Shown here: in pieces, positions 1 through 8,743 of the stretch
Layout: each line of letters starts with the position of its first letter
Position numbering within the stretch: the first letter of the stretch is position 1
From: an uncultured virus (IMG/VR IMGVR_UViG_3300038853_000032)
Taxonomy: Duplodnaviria; Heunggongvirae; Uroviricota; Caudoviricetes
DNA length: 56,808 nt
Direction: 5' to 3' (one strand)
Virus record (IMG/VR): IMGVR_UViG_3300038853_000032
The notes under the pieces: generated by a model
What the model was told of the DNA's origin: nothing
What the model saw: only the letters and a program-made list of their open reading frames with translations
The model's database searches: none
Translations under genes and position numbers: made by a program

Positions 1-1
1 C

Positions 2-541
2 GGATTAGAAGTTGTAATTGCTGTTCCTCACAATATTATTGGAGTAGGTCAACGATACACCGATCCATACCGTAATGTAGCAGCAATTATGATTAATAGC
101 ACATATATGAACAATAAAATTTACGTTTATGGGGATGGAGAGCAAAAAAGAAGCTTTAGTGATATATCTGACTGCATTAACGCTTTAGCTCATATGGTGG
201 TGAGCGATAGAAACCTTCACCGAGAAGTTTACAATATTGGCCCAGATAAAAACGAAATCTCTATTCGTGAGTTGGCAGAATCTGTGTCTGAACTTACTAA
301 TAAAGAACCAAAGTTAATATATGTTCCAGATAGGCCGAGAGAAGTTAAAAACGCCTACTGTTCTAGTGATAAAATTAAAAAGGAATTTAACTATAATGCT
401 TCAGTTCCTCTCACAGACACATTAACTAGTATGATAGAATGGATACAAGAACGAAAACCACAACCCTTTAATTACCATCTCCCTATAGAAATCACTAATC
501 GGGCTCACTTACCGCGCACCTGGACAGACAAGCTATTTTAA
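2..541 (+). CDS. NAD-dependent epimerase/dehydratase (extended SDR), 5'-truncated by the window edge
   Basis: Frame is open from position 2 (GLEVVIAVPHNIIGVGQRY...); contains 'IYVYGDGEQKRSFSDISD', 'EVYNIG' and 'DRPREV', typical of the nucleotide-sugar epimerase C-terminal half. Confidence 0.85.
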   Translation, partial: GLEVVIAVPHNIIGVGQRYTDPYRNVAAIMINSTYMNNKIYVYGDGEQKRSFSDISDCINALAHMVVSDRNLHREVYNIGPDKNEISIRELAESVSELTNKEPKLIYVPDRPREVKNAYCSSDKIKKEFNYNASVPLTDTLTSMIEWIQERKPQPFNYHLPIEITNRAHLPRTWTDKLF

Positions 542-928
542 ATGATTACTGCCCCTATTTCGTTTGGAGAATTAGTTGATAAAATTACAATTCTCGAACT
601 TAAAAAGCACTATATTAAAGATGAAAAGAAACAAGAAAGTATTAATCACGAATTAAAACTTTTAATTCTTTTATACGAAAAAGAAAAAAGTATTAATGAA
701 GAAGAAATTGAAGACTATAAATTTAATTTATCGCTACTTAATCATAGTTTATGGATAATCGAAGACGATATTCGAAATAAAGAAAGAAAACAAGAATTTG
801 ACAAAGAATTTATTAAGTTTGCTCGATCAGTTTATCTTAAAAACGATGAAAGAGCCGCCTTAAAAAGAAAACTAAATAAAATAGTTAATTCAGATATTAT
901 CGAAGAAAAATCTTACCAAAAGTACTAA
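542..928 (+). CDS. DUF6165-like protein, often found in glycosylation clusters
   Basis: 'PISFGELVDKITILELK' and 'LWIIEDDIR...F.KFARSVY.KNDERAALKR.LN....S.IIEEKSY' match the family as I recall it. Confidence 0.75.
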   Translation: MITAPISFGELVDKITILELKKHYIKDEKKQESINHELKLLILLYEKEKSINEEEIEDYKFNLSLLNHSLWIIEDDIRNKERKQEFDKEFIKFARSVYLKNDERAALKRKLNKIVNSDIIEEKSYQKY

Positions 929-930
929 AA

Positions 931-1617
931 ATGTACACAATAGTTAAAAATTTTTTAACACATGAACAATGCGATTCCCTAATTAAGCGCTTTGAAACAA
1001 GTACAGAAATCGGAGTTAGAAGCCGAATTCGTGGAAAATTAGCTAACTTTCACCCAAAAGAAAAAGAACCTACACCAGTTTTATACGATAAACACTTACT
1101 AATAGCACACTGTTATGATATACCCTTTGATGATCCAATTACGTCTCTAACCTGGAGTTACATTAAATATTTTAGTTCGCATCATAACTTTAACATAACA
1201 CATCAAGAAGGTTTTATAGTTCATAAGTATGCTAAAAACGGCCATTTTGCGTGGCACACAGATGGCAGTACTTATTCAAACCCCCCACCTTGGTCAAGTT
1301 CCAACCCTGAAATGAGAATAGGTATTTCCGAAACTAAATACGATAAATTAAGTGTTACAATCCAACTTAGTGCCTCTACAGACTATGAAGGAGGTGAACT
1401 TCAATTTGGACAAGATTCAGAAGGCAAAACAGAAAGACCCGTAACAGAAACATATGATGACTTAAAAAAATGGAAAAAGTCTATTAATGCTATTACTACT
1501 ATTTCCCAAGATAAAGGTACTCTCTGTATATTTAACGGTTTTTCGTATCATCGCGTAACCCCCATAACTAAAGGAACCCGATATTCTCTATTAAACTTTT
1601 ATCAAGGACAAAAATAA
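931..1617 (+). CDS. 2OG-Fe(II) oxygenase (prolyl-4-hydroxylase/PKHD-like)
   Basis: HxD (WHTD), 'KLSVTIQLS...YEGGELQF', distal His and Arg in 'HRVTPITKGTRYSL'. Confidence 0.9.
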   Translation: MYTIVKNFLTHEQCDSLIKRFETSTEIGVRSRIRGKLANFHPKEKEPTPVLYDKHLLIAHCYDIPFDDPITSLTWSYIKYFSSHHNFNITHQEGFIVHKYAKNGHFAWHTDGSTYSNPPPWSSSNPEMRIGISETKYDKLSVTIQLSASTDYEGGELQFGQDSEGKTERPVTETYDDLKKWKKSINAITTISQDKGTLCIFNGFSYHRVTPITKGTRYSLLNFYQGQK

Positions 1618-2309
1618 TGCATCATACCATAATTAAAAATTTTTTAAAAGATGATGAATGTGATTATTTAATAAACTATTTTAAAAAAGACTCATCAACA
1701 AAAAAGATGGCATATGCACGTGACGATAGCCTAGTTTATGATACGCAGTTGTTAAAGATGGAATATAGTAACACAGTAGCCTGGAACCGTAAAATAGTAA
1801 AAGGAGAATTTTCCCTATTTAATAACACTAACCTAATAAACAAGAAAATATGGGATGTAATTATACATTATAGTAAACAAAATAATTTTAACATAACAGA
1901 ACAAAGAGGAATTTTCATTCAAAAATACACAAAAAATGGACATTTTACTTGGCACACAGACGGATATGGCTGGACGTATAAACCCCCACACGGACTGCCA
2001 GGAGTTAAAGAAATTGATTACGATAAATTAAGTATTTCAATTCAACTTAGTAATCCTGATGAATATGAAGGAGGCGAGCTTCAATTTGGACAAGATTCAA
2101 AAGGTAATACAAAAAGAGATCCTACGAAAGAACACGATAACTATGAATTACTTCAAAAGTCTATTACTTCCGTGTTTACTGCTCCTAAAAACAGAGGGTC
2201 TTTAGCCCTCCATAATGGATTTTCATATCATCGTGTAACTCCCATAACTAAAGGAGTACGATATTCTTTAGTAAATTTTTATCAAGGACCAAAAAATGCA
2301 ACTAACTAA
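1617..2309 (+). CDS. 2OG-Fe(II) oxygenase, close paralog of 931-1617
   Basis: WHTD, 'KLSISIQLS...YEGGELQFGQDS', 'HRVTPITKGVRYSL'. Confidence 0.9.
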   Translation: MHHTIIKNFLKDDECDYLINYFKKDSSTKKMAYARDDSLVYDTQLLKMEYSNTVAWNRKIVKGEFSLFNNTNLINKKIWDVIIHYSKQNNFNITEQRGIFIQKYTKNGHFTWHTDGYGWTYKPPHGLPGVKEIDYDKLSISIQLSNPDEYEGGELQFGQDSKGNTKRDPTKEHDNYELLQKSITSVFTAPKNRGSLALHNGFSYHRVTPITKGVRYSLVNFYQGPKNATN

Positions 2310-2928
2310 CGATTGGTATTACTTCACAGCAGCCTTGAGTAAAGAAACATGCAATAAAATAAAAAAATTGGGGAAAGGTAACTTTAAAAACGCAACAGTA
2401 AATACAAAAAAAGGTATTACACCAGAAGAAAGAATACACGGTGAAAAAACAGAGTCAGGAATAGACAAAATTGCTAGAACCAGCGATGTTGCGTGGACAA
2501 ACAAACAATGGGTATATAATTTAATCTGGCCATATATGGAAACAGCCAATGAAAAAAGCGGGTGGAAATTTGATATTAAAGCCGCCGAATCTATGCAAAT
2601 AACTCGTTACAAAAAAAGAGAATTTTATAATTTTCATAAAGACGGTAAAAGTGATAGCATATCTGTTTATGATCAACCAAATAATAAATTTTTGCATGGT
2701 CACGTAAGAAAATTAAGTATAACTGTATTGTTAAATGACAAGTATACAGGAGGAGAATTTCAATTTGCTTACTATAAAAATGGAAACTGTGAAATTACAA
2801 CACCAAACTTTACCAAAACTGGATCGATCATAGTATTTCCCTCTTTTATAGAACACAGAGTTCAACCAGTAACTAAAGGTGTAAGATATTCACTTGTTGC
2901 TTGGTTTGTGGGTCCGCCATTTAAATAA
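2296..2928 (+). CDS. 2OG-Fe(II) oxygenase (PKHD-type)
   Basis: FHKD, 'RKLSITVLLN..YTGGEFQF', 'GSIIVFPSFIEHRVQPVTKGVRYSLVAWF'. Confidence 0.92.
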   Translation: MQLTNDWYYFTAALSKETCNKIKKLGKGNFKNATVNTKKGITPEERIHGEKTESGIDKIARTSDVAWTNKQWVYNLIWPYMETANEKSGWKFDIKAAESMQITRYKKREFYNFHKDGKSDSISVYDQPNNKFLHGHVRKLSITVLLNDKYTGGEFQFAYYKNGNCEITTPNFTKTGSIIVFPSFIEHRVQPVTKGVRYSLVAWFVGPPFK

Positions 2929-2939
2929 AAGGATAAAAA

Positions 2940-3104
2940 ATGACAAACTTCATTCAACATAACGAAAAAACAGAGTTATATAAACTCTACCTAGCAGTTA
3001 TTAGGGAAAACGGGCTATTAAAAAACAATATTGTCGAAATGCAAAAACAAATCCATGATTTGCAAATTCGTGTAAAAGAGTTGGTAGATAAATGTTCACA
3101 GTAA
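2940..3104 (+). CDS. small coiled-coil hypothetical protein (54 aa, not in ORF track)
   Basis: MTNFIQHNEKTELYKLYLAVIRENGLLKNNIVEMQKQIHDLQIRVKELVDKCSQ; AAGGA RBS upstream; fills the gap between genes. Confidence 0.6.
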   Translation: MTNFIQHNEKTELYKLYLAVIRENGLLKNNIVEMQKQIHDLQIRVKELVDKCSQ

Positions 3105-3880
3105 TTACACCTTACATTTTTGAAAACGAAATTAAAAACATACAGAGATTAGCTCCTTGGCAATTAGATTGGATCTTTGAAGAAGATATAGGACGCATCG
3201 GACCTGATATGATGTATCAAAAAATGTGGAATGAATGTGATGAAGATATTTTTATATTTCACTCAGATATGGAACCAGTTTCTGGTCATGAAATATGGTG
3301 GGATAAAGTACAACATTACGCAGATTCCTATCCTGAGGCTGGAATTTTAGGCTGTAAACTTCTTTACCCACTATGTAATGAAAATCAAAAATATTATATT
3401 GAATGTGCAGGGGGAAAATTTGAAAATAATAAACCTGATCATTACGGATCAGGTATAGAAATCGGAAGTCGAGTAACTTTTAAAACTCCTGAAGTTGATG
3501 AAGGTCAATATGATTACGTAAGAGAGGTAGCTTGGTATACGTTCGGAGGGATTTTTATTCGAAGACAAGTACTTAATGAAGTAGGAAACTTTGATGCTAC
3601 TTTTGAGTGGAGTTATAATCGTGACGTGGACTTCTGCCTTCGAACAAGAGAACTAGGATGGAAAATTTATCAAATTCCCGTTCCTTTATTCCATTATCAA
3701 AGTAAAGACATAAAAAGAATTAAAACTGAAGAAAACGCGAATGCAGAAGCACGAAACTTAATAAGATTACAAAATAAGTGGCAAAACAGCCCTTTTTATC
3801 AAACTATAGGTAAAAGAATAGAAAAAGAAACTGAATCTCAAAAATTACAAGACGAACCAGAACCAATAATAAATGATTAA
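3092..3880 (+). CDS. glycosyltransferase family 2-like (GT-A)
   Basis: 'IFIFHSD', 'AGILGCKLLYP', 'FIRRQVLNEVGNFD...YNRDVDFCLR..ELGWKIY' match the GT2 C-terminal pattern. Confidence 0.85.
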   Translation: MFTVITPYIFENEIKNIQRLAPWQLDWIFEEDIGRIGPDMMYQKMWNECDEDIFIFHSDMEPVSGHEIWWDKVQHYADSYPEAGILGCKLLYPLCNENQKYYIECAGGKFENNKPDHYGSGIEIGSRVTFKTPEVDEGQYDYVREVAWYTFGGIFIRRQVLNEVGNFDATFEWSYNRDVDFCLRTRELGWKIYQIPVPLFHYQSKDIKRIKTEENANAEARNLIRLQNKWQNSPFYQTIGKRIEKETESQKLQDEPEPIIND

Positions 3881-4064
3881 AGTTGTAATTTTATTAATAT
3901 TTATGGAAGGATTTACAATGCACATAAACGCGGATGAAATGTACGGAATAACAACAATGGAAGAATGTAAGGAAAAAATTTCTATCGTGATAAAAAATTT
4001 TGAAGCAGACCGTGGTAGCTGTATTATGTCGCACGACACACTGCCAGACACACCAAAAATATAA
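3873..4064 (+). CDS. hypothetical protein
   Basis: ORF overlapping the upstream stop; hydrophobic N-terminus, two Cys. Confidence 0.55.
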   Translation: MIKVVILLIFMEGFTMHINADEMYGITTMEECKEKISIVIKNFEADRGSCIMSHDTLPDTPKI

Positions 4065-4075
4065 GGAGAATTATT

Positions 4076-4690
4076 ATGAATCAACAACAAGTTCCTTCTG
4101 TAACTTTTAAAATCCGTGTTCGAGGTACTTCAAACGGTGATTCTAACCAATTCTATTGGGAAGACGTTACCTCACAAAAAATATTTGAAAAGAAAAATGT
4201 GGTTCTTTTTGCGTTACCAGGAGCTTTTACTCCTACTTGTGATACAAATCATCTTCCAGGATATGAAAAACGGTATCATGATTTTAAAAAGCTTGGAATT
4301 GACACAGTAGCCTGTCTTTCTGTTAACGACACTTTTGTAATGAATCAGTGGGGGAAAAGTTTAGGTGTGGAAAACATTGTACTCTTACCTGATGGTAATG
4401 GAGAATTTACTCGCCAAATGGGGATGTTAGTTAGTAAATCCAATCTAGGATTTGGAATGAGAAGTTGGCGGTACTCAATGCTAGTAACTAATGGATTTAT
4501 TAATAAAATGTTTATAGAACCCGGAATTAATGATAATCACGAAGAAGATCCGTTTTTAATCTCCGATGCGGAAACTATGGTCGGTTATGTTTCAAGCATG
4601 AGCAGTTTTTTACCTCCACCCGATCCTAGACCTTGGAAAAAAGAAGAGTCACCTTGGAATAAAAAGGAAAAAAATAATGAAACTACATAA
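4076..4690 (+). CDS. peroxiredoxin, Prx5/PGdx-type redoxin
   Basis: 'LPGAFTPTC...HLPG', 'LSVNDTFVMNQW', 'DGNGEFT..MGMLV.K..LGFGMRSWRYSM'; AAGGAG RBS. Confidence 0.93.
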   Translation: MNQQQVPSVTFKIRVRGTSNGDSNQFYWEDVTSQKIFEKKNVVLFALPGAFTPTCDTNHLPGYEKRYHDFKKLGIDTVACLSVNDTFVMNQWGKSLGVENIVLLPDGNGEFTRQMGMLVSKSNLGFGMRSWRYSMLVTNGFINKMFIEPGINDNHEEDPFLISDAETMVGYVSSMSSFLPPPDPRPWKKEESPWNKKEKNNETT

Positions 4691-4916
4691 GAATATTAGT
4701 GCTAAAGATTTTAATGATAGAATGACAAGACTTAGGCTTAAATATAATATGGAAAATAACATTACCCTTACCGTAACTATTTATTTGTTTACTTTTTTAT
4801 GTTTATTGTTATTCTTTTTTCTGTTGCCTATCATTGCTGCAATTTTCGGACTCTTACTTATCGTTGGACTCCCATTTGCATTTATTGAAGGAATGATTAG
4901 AGGATTTATAAAATGA
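4677..4916 (+). CDS. hypothetical membrane protein
   Basis: Long hydrophobic C-terminal half; overlaps both neighbours. Confidence 0.55.
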   Translation: MKLHKNISAKDFNDRMTRLRLKYNMENNITLTVTIYLFTFLCLLLFFFLLPIIAAIFGLLLIVGLPFAFIEGMIRGFIK

Positions 4917-5758
4917 TTAAAAAATCAGTTATCAGTCTAATTAGTTATGATGCTCGTTATTTACCACAAAGTATCAAAACTTACTATAATTATGTTGACG
5001 AAATTATCTTAGGACTTGATGAAAAACGAATCTCATGGAGTGGTAATAAATTTACTTTTGATGAAGAAAAGCTTTTTAAAGAATTAGAACAAATTGACGG
5101 AGATAGTAAAATTTCCGTTATCGAAGACGATTTTTATCGTGATACCAATAAATATATTGAAAACGATAACTTTGAACGAAACTTCTTAAAATCACATTGT
5201 TCTCATAATTGGGTTATGAGTTTTGATGCTGACGAAGAATTAATTAACGCTCAGCAATTCTTTACCACCTTCTGTCCAATTATCGAAAATTATCACGATA
5301 AATACGATTTTGCCTTTACCTGGTTTCTTCCGTACAAAGAATTTCCCAATGACTACTTAGTAATTGCTAATGAAGACGGTACTTTTATTCGTAGCGAAAG
5401 ACAAGGGTTCGCTACACATAAAACCAACCAATATATTTATGCCCGATGGACTAATCTTACTAAAACTCATCCAAATAGACTTATTTTTACTCCTTTAGCT
5501 ATTAAACATTGGAGTTTATGTCGCCCAAAAGATGAATTACATCAAAAAATTAATAATATTGGACACGCAGATATTACCGAAAGGGGAGATCCTTTTTATG
5601 ATATGTGGCAACAAGTTACCTTAGAAAACTATCACGAAATGAAAAACTTTAAAACCTCAGGTTTAGGGGAAGCATCTCAATGGCCTTCTTTAATAAAAAT
5701 TCCAAAAGACGTTTTTGAATCAGCAATGCGTAAAAATGCAGAAATGGTGTACTCATGA
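4913..5758 (+). CDS. glycosyltransferase, GT-A fold
   Basis: 'YLPQSIKTYYNYVDEIIL', 'ERNFLK..CSHNWVMSFDADEE' (DxD). Confidence 0.75.
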   Translation: MIKKSVISLISYDARYLPQSIKTYYNYVDEIILGLDEKRISWSGNKFTFDEEKLFKELEQIDGDSKISVIEDDFYRDTNKYIENDNFERNFLKSHCSHNWVMSFDADEELINAQQFFTTFCPIIENYHDKYDFAFTWFLPYKEFPNDYLVIANEDGTFIRSERQGFATHKTNQYIYARWTNLTKTHPNRLIFTPLAIKHWSLCRPKDELHQKINNIGHADITERGDPFYDMWQQVTLENYHEMKNFKTSGLGEASQWPSLIKIPKDVFESAMRKNAEMVYS

Positions 5759-6927
5759 AGAAAAATATAGAAATTATTGGTAAATTTTATGATAATCACA
5801 GTTTAGCTATCATTAATCGAGAAGTAGCAATTCGTTTAGGAGACGAAGAAGTATTTCCTAACATCAACTTAACTATTACTCCAGTAGATCAGTTTAATTC
5901 CGTTTATAAAATTAAAAAAGATCATATTAAAAAGTTAAAAGAACTAGAAAGTAAAGAATCAAAACCAGATATTCAAATTCGCCACACTTATCCTCCAATA
6001 TGGCGTTGGCCTGTCTCTGATAAAACTAAAATTGTTTATATCCAACCTTGGGAATACACCAAGATTCCTTTTGAGTGGCAATATAAATTTGAACAGTTTG
6101 CAGATTATTTAATTACTCCGTCTCAATGGTCTATTAATAATTTTCTAGATGCTGGGTTATCCCCTAAAAAAGCAGGAGTCGTGGCTAACGGATATGATCC
6201 TCAGATATTTAATACTGATAGCCGAATTAGAGACCCTCATTATAGTATTAACAACAAATTTACTTTTATTTTTGTTGGAAACGCTCAGTACCGAAAAGGA
6301 TTAGATATTCTTTTAAATGCGTGGCAACAAGCTACTAAACTAAATGATAACGTTAAACTAATTTTTAAAGATAGCCCTCAAATTTACGGAGAAACTGATG
6401 TTCTTAACCGAATTATTCAACTTCAGTATAAAACAGTTTGCGCTGAAATAGAGTATATTGATAAAATTCTTTCTAATCAAGAAATGGCAGATCTTTATAA
6501 ACAGAGCGAAGTGTTGATTCACCCATACCGAGGAGAAGGATTTGGAATGCACGTACAAGAAGCAATGGCAACAGGGTGTATTCCAATGGTCACAGCAGGC
6601 GGTCCAACCGATGATTTCTTAACTAATCAAAACTCCGTTAGAATTAATTCCGCCATGATTCTTCAAGACATTACTGCAGACCATATTTTTGCTATCAAAC
6701 CAGGAGACGCACTAACAATGATGGGAGCACACGGAACTATTCTAGAACCTGATGTTTCAGATTTAGTTAATAAAATAACTCAAATAATTCAGCACCCGCA
6801 AAGGGAAAAAGTAATGAATCAACTCAGAGACGCTGAAAAAACTTTACACACATGGGATAAAGTTGCAATAAGTTATGCCGAATTTATCAAAAAAATCGAC
6901 TGCACAACAAAAAATAGCAGAGACTGA
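5755..6927 (+). CDS. glycosyltransferase family 4 (GT-B)
   Basis: 'FIFVGNAQYRKGLDILL', 'HPYRGEGFGMHVQEAMATG' (E-x7-E). Confidence 0.92.
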   Translation: MKKNIEIIGKFYDNHSLAIINREVAIRLGDEEVFPNINLTITPVDQFNSVYKIKKDHIKKLKELESKESKPDIQIRHTYPPIWRWPVSDKTKIVYIQPWEYTKIPFEWQYKFEQFADYLITPSQWSINNFLDAGLSPKKAGVVANGYDPQIFNTDSRIRDPHYSINNKFTFIFVGNAQYRKGLDILLNAWQQATKLNDNVKLIFKDSPQIYGETDVLNRIIQLQYKTVCAEIEYIDKILSNQEMADLYKQSEVLIHPYRGEGFGMHVQEAMATGCIPMVTAGGPTDDFLTNQNSVRINSAMILQDITADHIFAIKPGDALTMMGAHGTILEPDVSDLVNKITQIIQHPQREKVMNQLRDAEKTLHTWDKVAISYAEFIKKIDCTTKNSRD

Positions 6928-7783
6928 AGCCCTGCTTAAAACTATTGAAATTGCTAATCCTCGATTTGAAGCACACGTTTTAATAGCACACAGTCTTCAA
7001 ATAGATAGATTTACACTTTTGCGTGATCGAGAACGAGTGATAAGCGAAGAAGAAGAATTACGTTTAAATAAAATAGTATCTCGTCGACTCCAATACGAAC
7101 CGATTCCCTATATTTTGAAAAAACAAGAATTTTGGAACTTACCTTTTCAAGTAACTCCAGATGTATTAATTCCCAGACCCTGGAGTGAGGAAATAGTAAT
7201 AAATGTATTAAATGCTATTGAAAATGGACTAAAGGCTGATCGTATTTTAGAATTAGGAGTTGGAAGTGGGTGTTTACTTCTATCTATACTCTCAGAGCTA
7301 CCAGATTCTCAGGGCGTAGGAGTAGATCTCTCCTCTAAAGCCCTAAAAATTGCTGCTATTAATGCCCAAAACCTAGGAATGTCAAAGAGAACTCAGTTTA
7401 TTAAAAGTAACTGGGGTCAAGAAGTTACAGGACTGTTCGATATTATAGTTGCCAATCCTCCTTATTTAACTACTTCAGACTATGATTTCCTTAAAAAGCC
7501 TATGCGTGAATACGAACCTCGTTCTGCTTATATAAGTGGTAAAGACGGTTTATGTGATTATAAAGTTTTAGCACCAGAGATTAAACGTCTTCTGGCACCA
7601 AAAGGCCAAGTCTTTCTTGAAGCTGATGCTTCACGAAAATATTTAATTACCGATGTTTTTAAAAAACATAATTTTACATTAACACATGAGTTTGACAATA
7701 CGATTACTGCTTTTTTAACACTACGGTACTCCGACGTGTCAGCTACCGCTGACAGGAGGCACAATAGCCCCACCAACAAGTAA
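6875..7783 (+). CDS. prmC: release factor N5-glutamine methyltransferase (PrmC/HemK)
   Basis: N-domain 'RRLQYEPIPYI....EFW...F.VTPDVLIPRP', SAM motif 'ILELGVGSG', 'DIIVANPPY', 'EP..A..SGKDGL..Y'. Confidence 0.9.
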   Translation: MPNLSKKSTAQQKIAETEALLKTIEIANPRFEAHVLIAHSLQIDRFTLLRDRERVISEEEELRLNKIVSRRLQYEPIPYILKKQEFWNLPFQVTPDVLIPRPWSEEIVINVLNAIENGLKADRILELGVGSGCLLLSILSELPDSQGVGVDLSSKALKIAAINAQNLGMSKRTQFIKSNWGQEVTGLFDIIVANPPYLTTSDYDFLKKPMREYEPRSAYISGKDGLCDYKVLAPEIKRLLAPKGQVFLEADASRKYLITDVFKKHNFTLTHEFDNTITAFLTLRYSDVSATADRRHNSPTNK

Positions 7784-7904
7784 TAATTTCATTATTACGT
7801 TATGCCACATTATGCAAGCTGAAAAAATTATATGCTATCGCGTTTGCATTATAAGCAAAGTAAATTAATCTTATTAATAGTACTTAAACTTCGTTTAAAA
7901 TAAC

Positions 7905-7933
7905 TTGCTTTTTATGCAAATATATAGTATCAT
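7905..7933 (+). promoter_or_regulatory. sigma70-type promoter
   Basis: TTGCTT-17 bp-TATCAT in intergenic DNA. Confidence 0.6.
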
Positions 7934-7953
7934 AAAAATTAGCAAAACGCAAA

Positions 7954-8343
7954 ATGAAAAATCTAAAAAAGTTCTTTCCACAAGAATCCTCACCAATCAT
8001 AAAACTAATTCTTCGGTTTAAATCATGGATTTATAACGCTCCTGTACCACCTGAGATTAAAACTTCTAAAAATCGAAGTACAGAATTAACTAGTGTAAAA
8101 AGCATTTGTGGTAAGTGTGGAATGGAGATTCCTTGGGTTGAACAAAATAGAAGACAAACTGCTGCTTGGGCATGGAAAATTATCCACCCAATAGAATGGA
8201 AAAATAAAAGATATTATACTTTCTTAACACGAATGGGTGTTTCTGTTTCAAAAGAAAGTTTTAATTGTTTAAATTGCGGAGAAAAACATTACTCTGCATG
8301 GTGGGCACGCGTTGGAAGAATACTATTAATTGTTTGGTTTTAA
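7954..8343 (+). CDS. hypothetical protein with two CxxC pairs (possible Zn ribbon)
   Basis: CGKC and CLNC. Confidence 0.6.
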   Translation: MKNLKKFFPQESSPIIKLILRFKSWIYNAPVPPEIKTSKNRSTELTSVKSICGKCGMEIPWVEQNRRQTAAWAWKIIHPIEWKNKRYYTFLTRMGVSVSKESFNCLNCGEKHYSAWWARVGRILLIVWF

Positions 8344-8357
8344 GAAAGGAGCAATAA

Positions 8358-8453
8358 ATGAAAGAAAATCCAGAAGATGATATAGTGTGGTTACTATTTA
8401 CTTTAATAGGATCAGCCTTACTTATCTCATTCATTATCAATGTTGGAACATAG
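8358..8453 (+). CDS. small single-pass membrane protein (31 aa, not in ORF track)
   Basis: MKENPEDDIVWLLFTLIGSALLISFIINVGT; AAGGAG RBS. Confidence 0.6.
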   Translation: MKENPEDDIVWLLFTLIGSALLISFIINVGT

Positions 8454-8459
8454 CTTTTT

Positions 8460-8729
8460 ATGACAAATTTAATAGTTGTTCACTTTGTATTATGGATTTT
8501 TGTTCCCACACCTTGGGAATATGAAGGAGTAGAGGCTACCATTGGATGGTTTCCTTGGAAAGCTTACGAAACTAAAAGTGCTTGTGAAGATCAAGTAGCA
8601 AGATACATCGCTTCAAAAAATGCATTAGCAGAGTGTCACAAATCCATCTTAACACCAACTATCTATGGTACTAAACCCAATGGTAATGGTGGAAAATTTC
8701 ATCTTAAAAAAATTGGTAAAGTTTTATAA
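8460..8729 (+). CDS. hypothetical protein
   Basis: ORF with hydrophobic N-terminus and a Cys pair, in a run of small genes. Confidence 0.6.
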   Translation: MTNLIVVHFVLWIFVPTPWEYEGVEATIGWFPWKAYETKSACEDQVARYIASKNALAECHKSILTPTIYGTKPNGNGGKFHLKKIGKVL

Positions 8730-8743
8730 ATAAAGGAGTCATT

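Noticed and set aside
931..2928. TET/JBP DNA-base hydroxylases
   Set aside because: The motifs are P4H/PKHD-type and no DNA cytosine methyltransferase is visible in the window; DNA modification is not excluded but is unsupported
7719..7811. Minus-strand mini-ORF MWHNVIMKLLLVGGAIVPPVSGS-UGA-HVGVP as a selenopeptide, or an HDV-like ribozyme here
   Set aside because: No RBS, no SECIS-like hairpin 3' of the UGA, antisense to prmC; I could not build the HDV P1/P3 pairings
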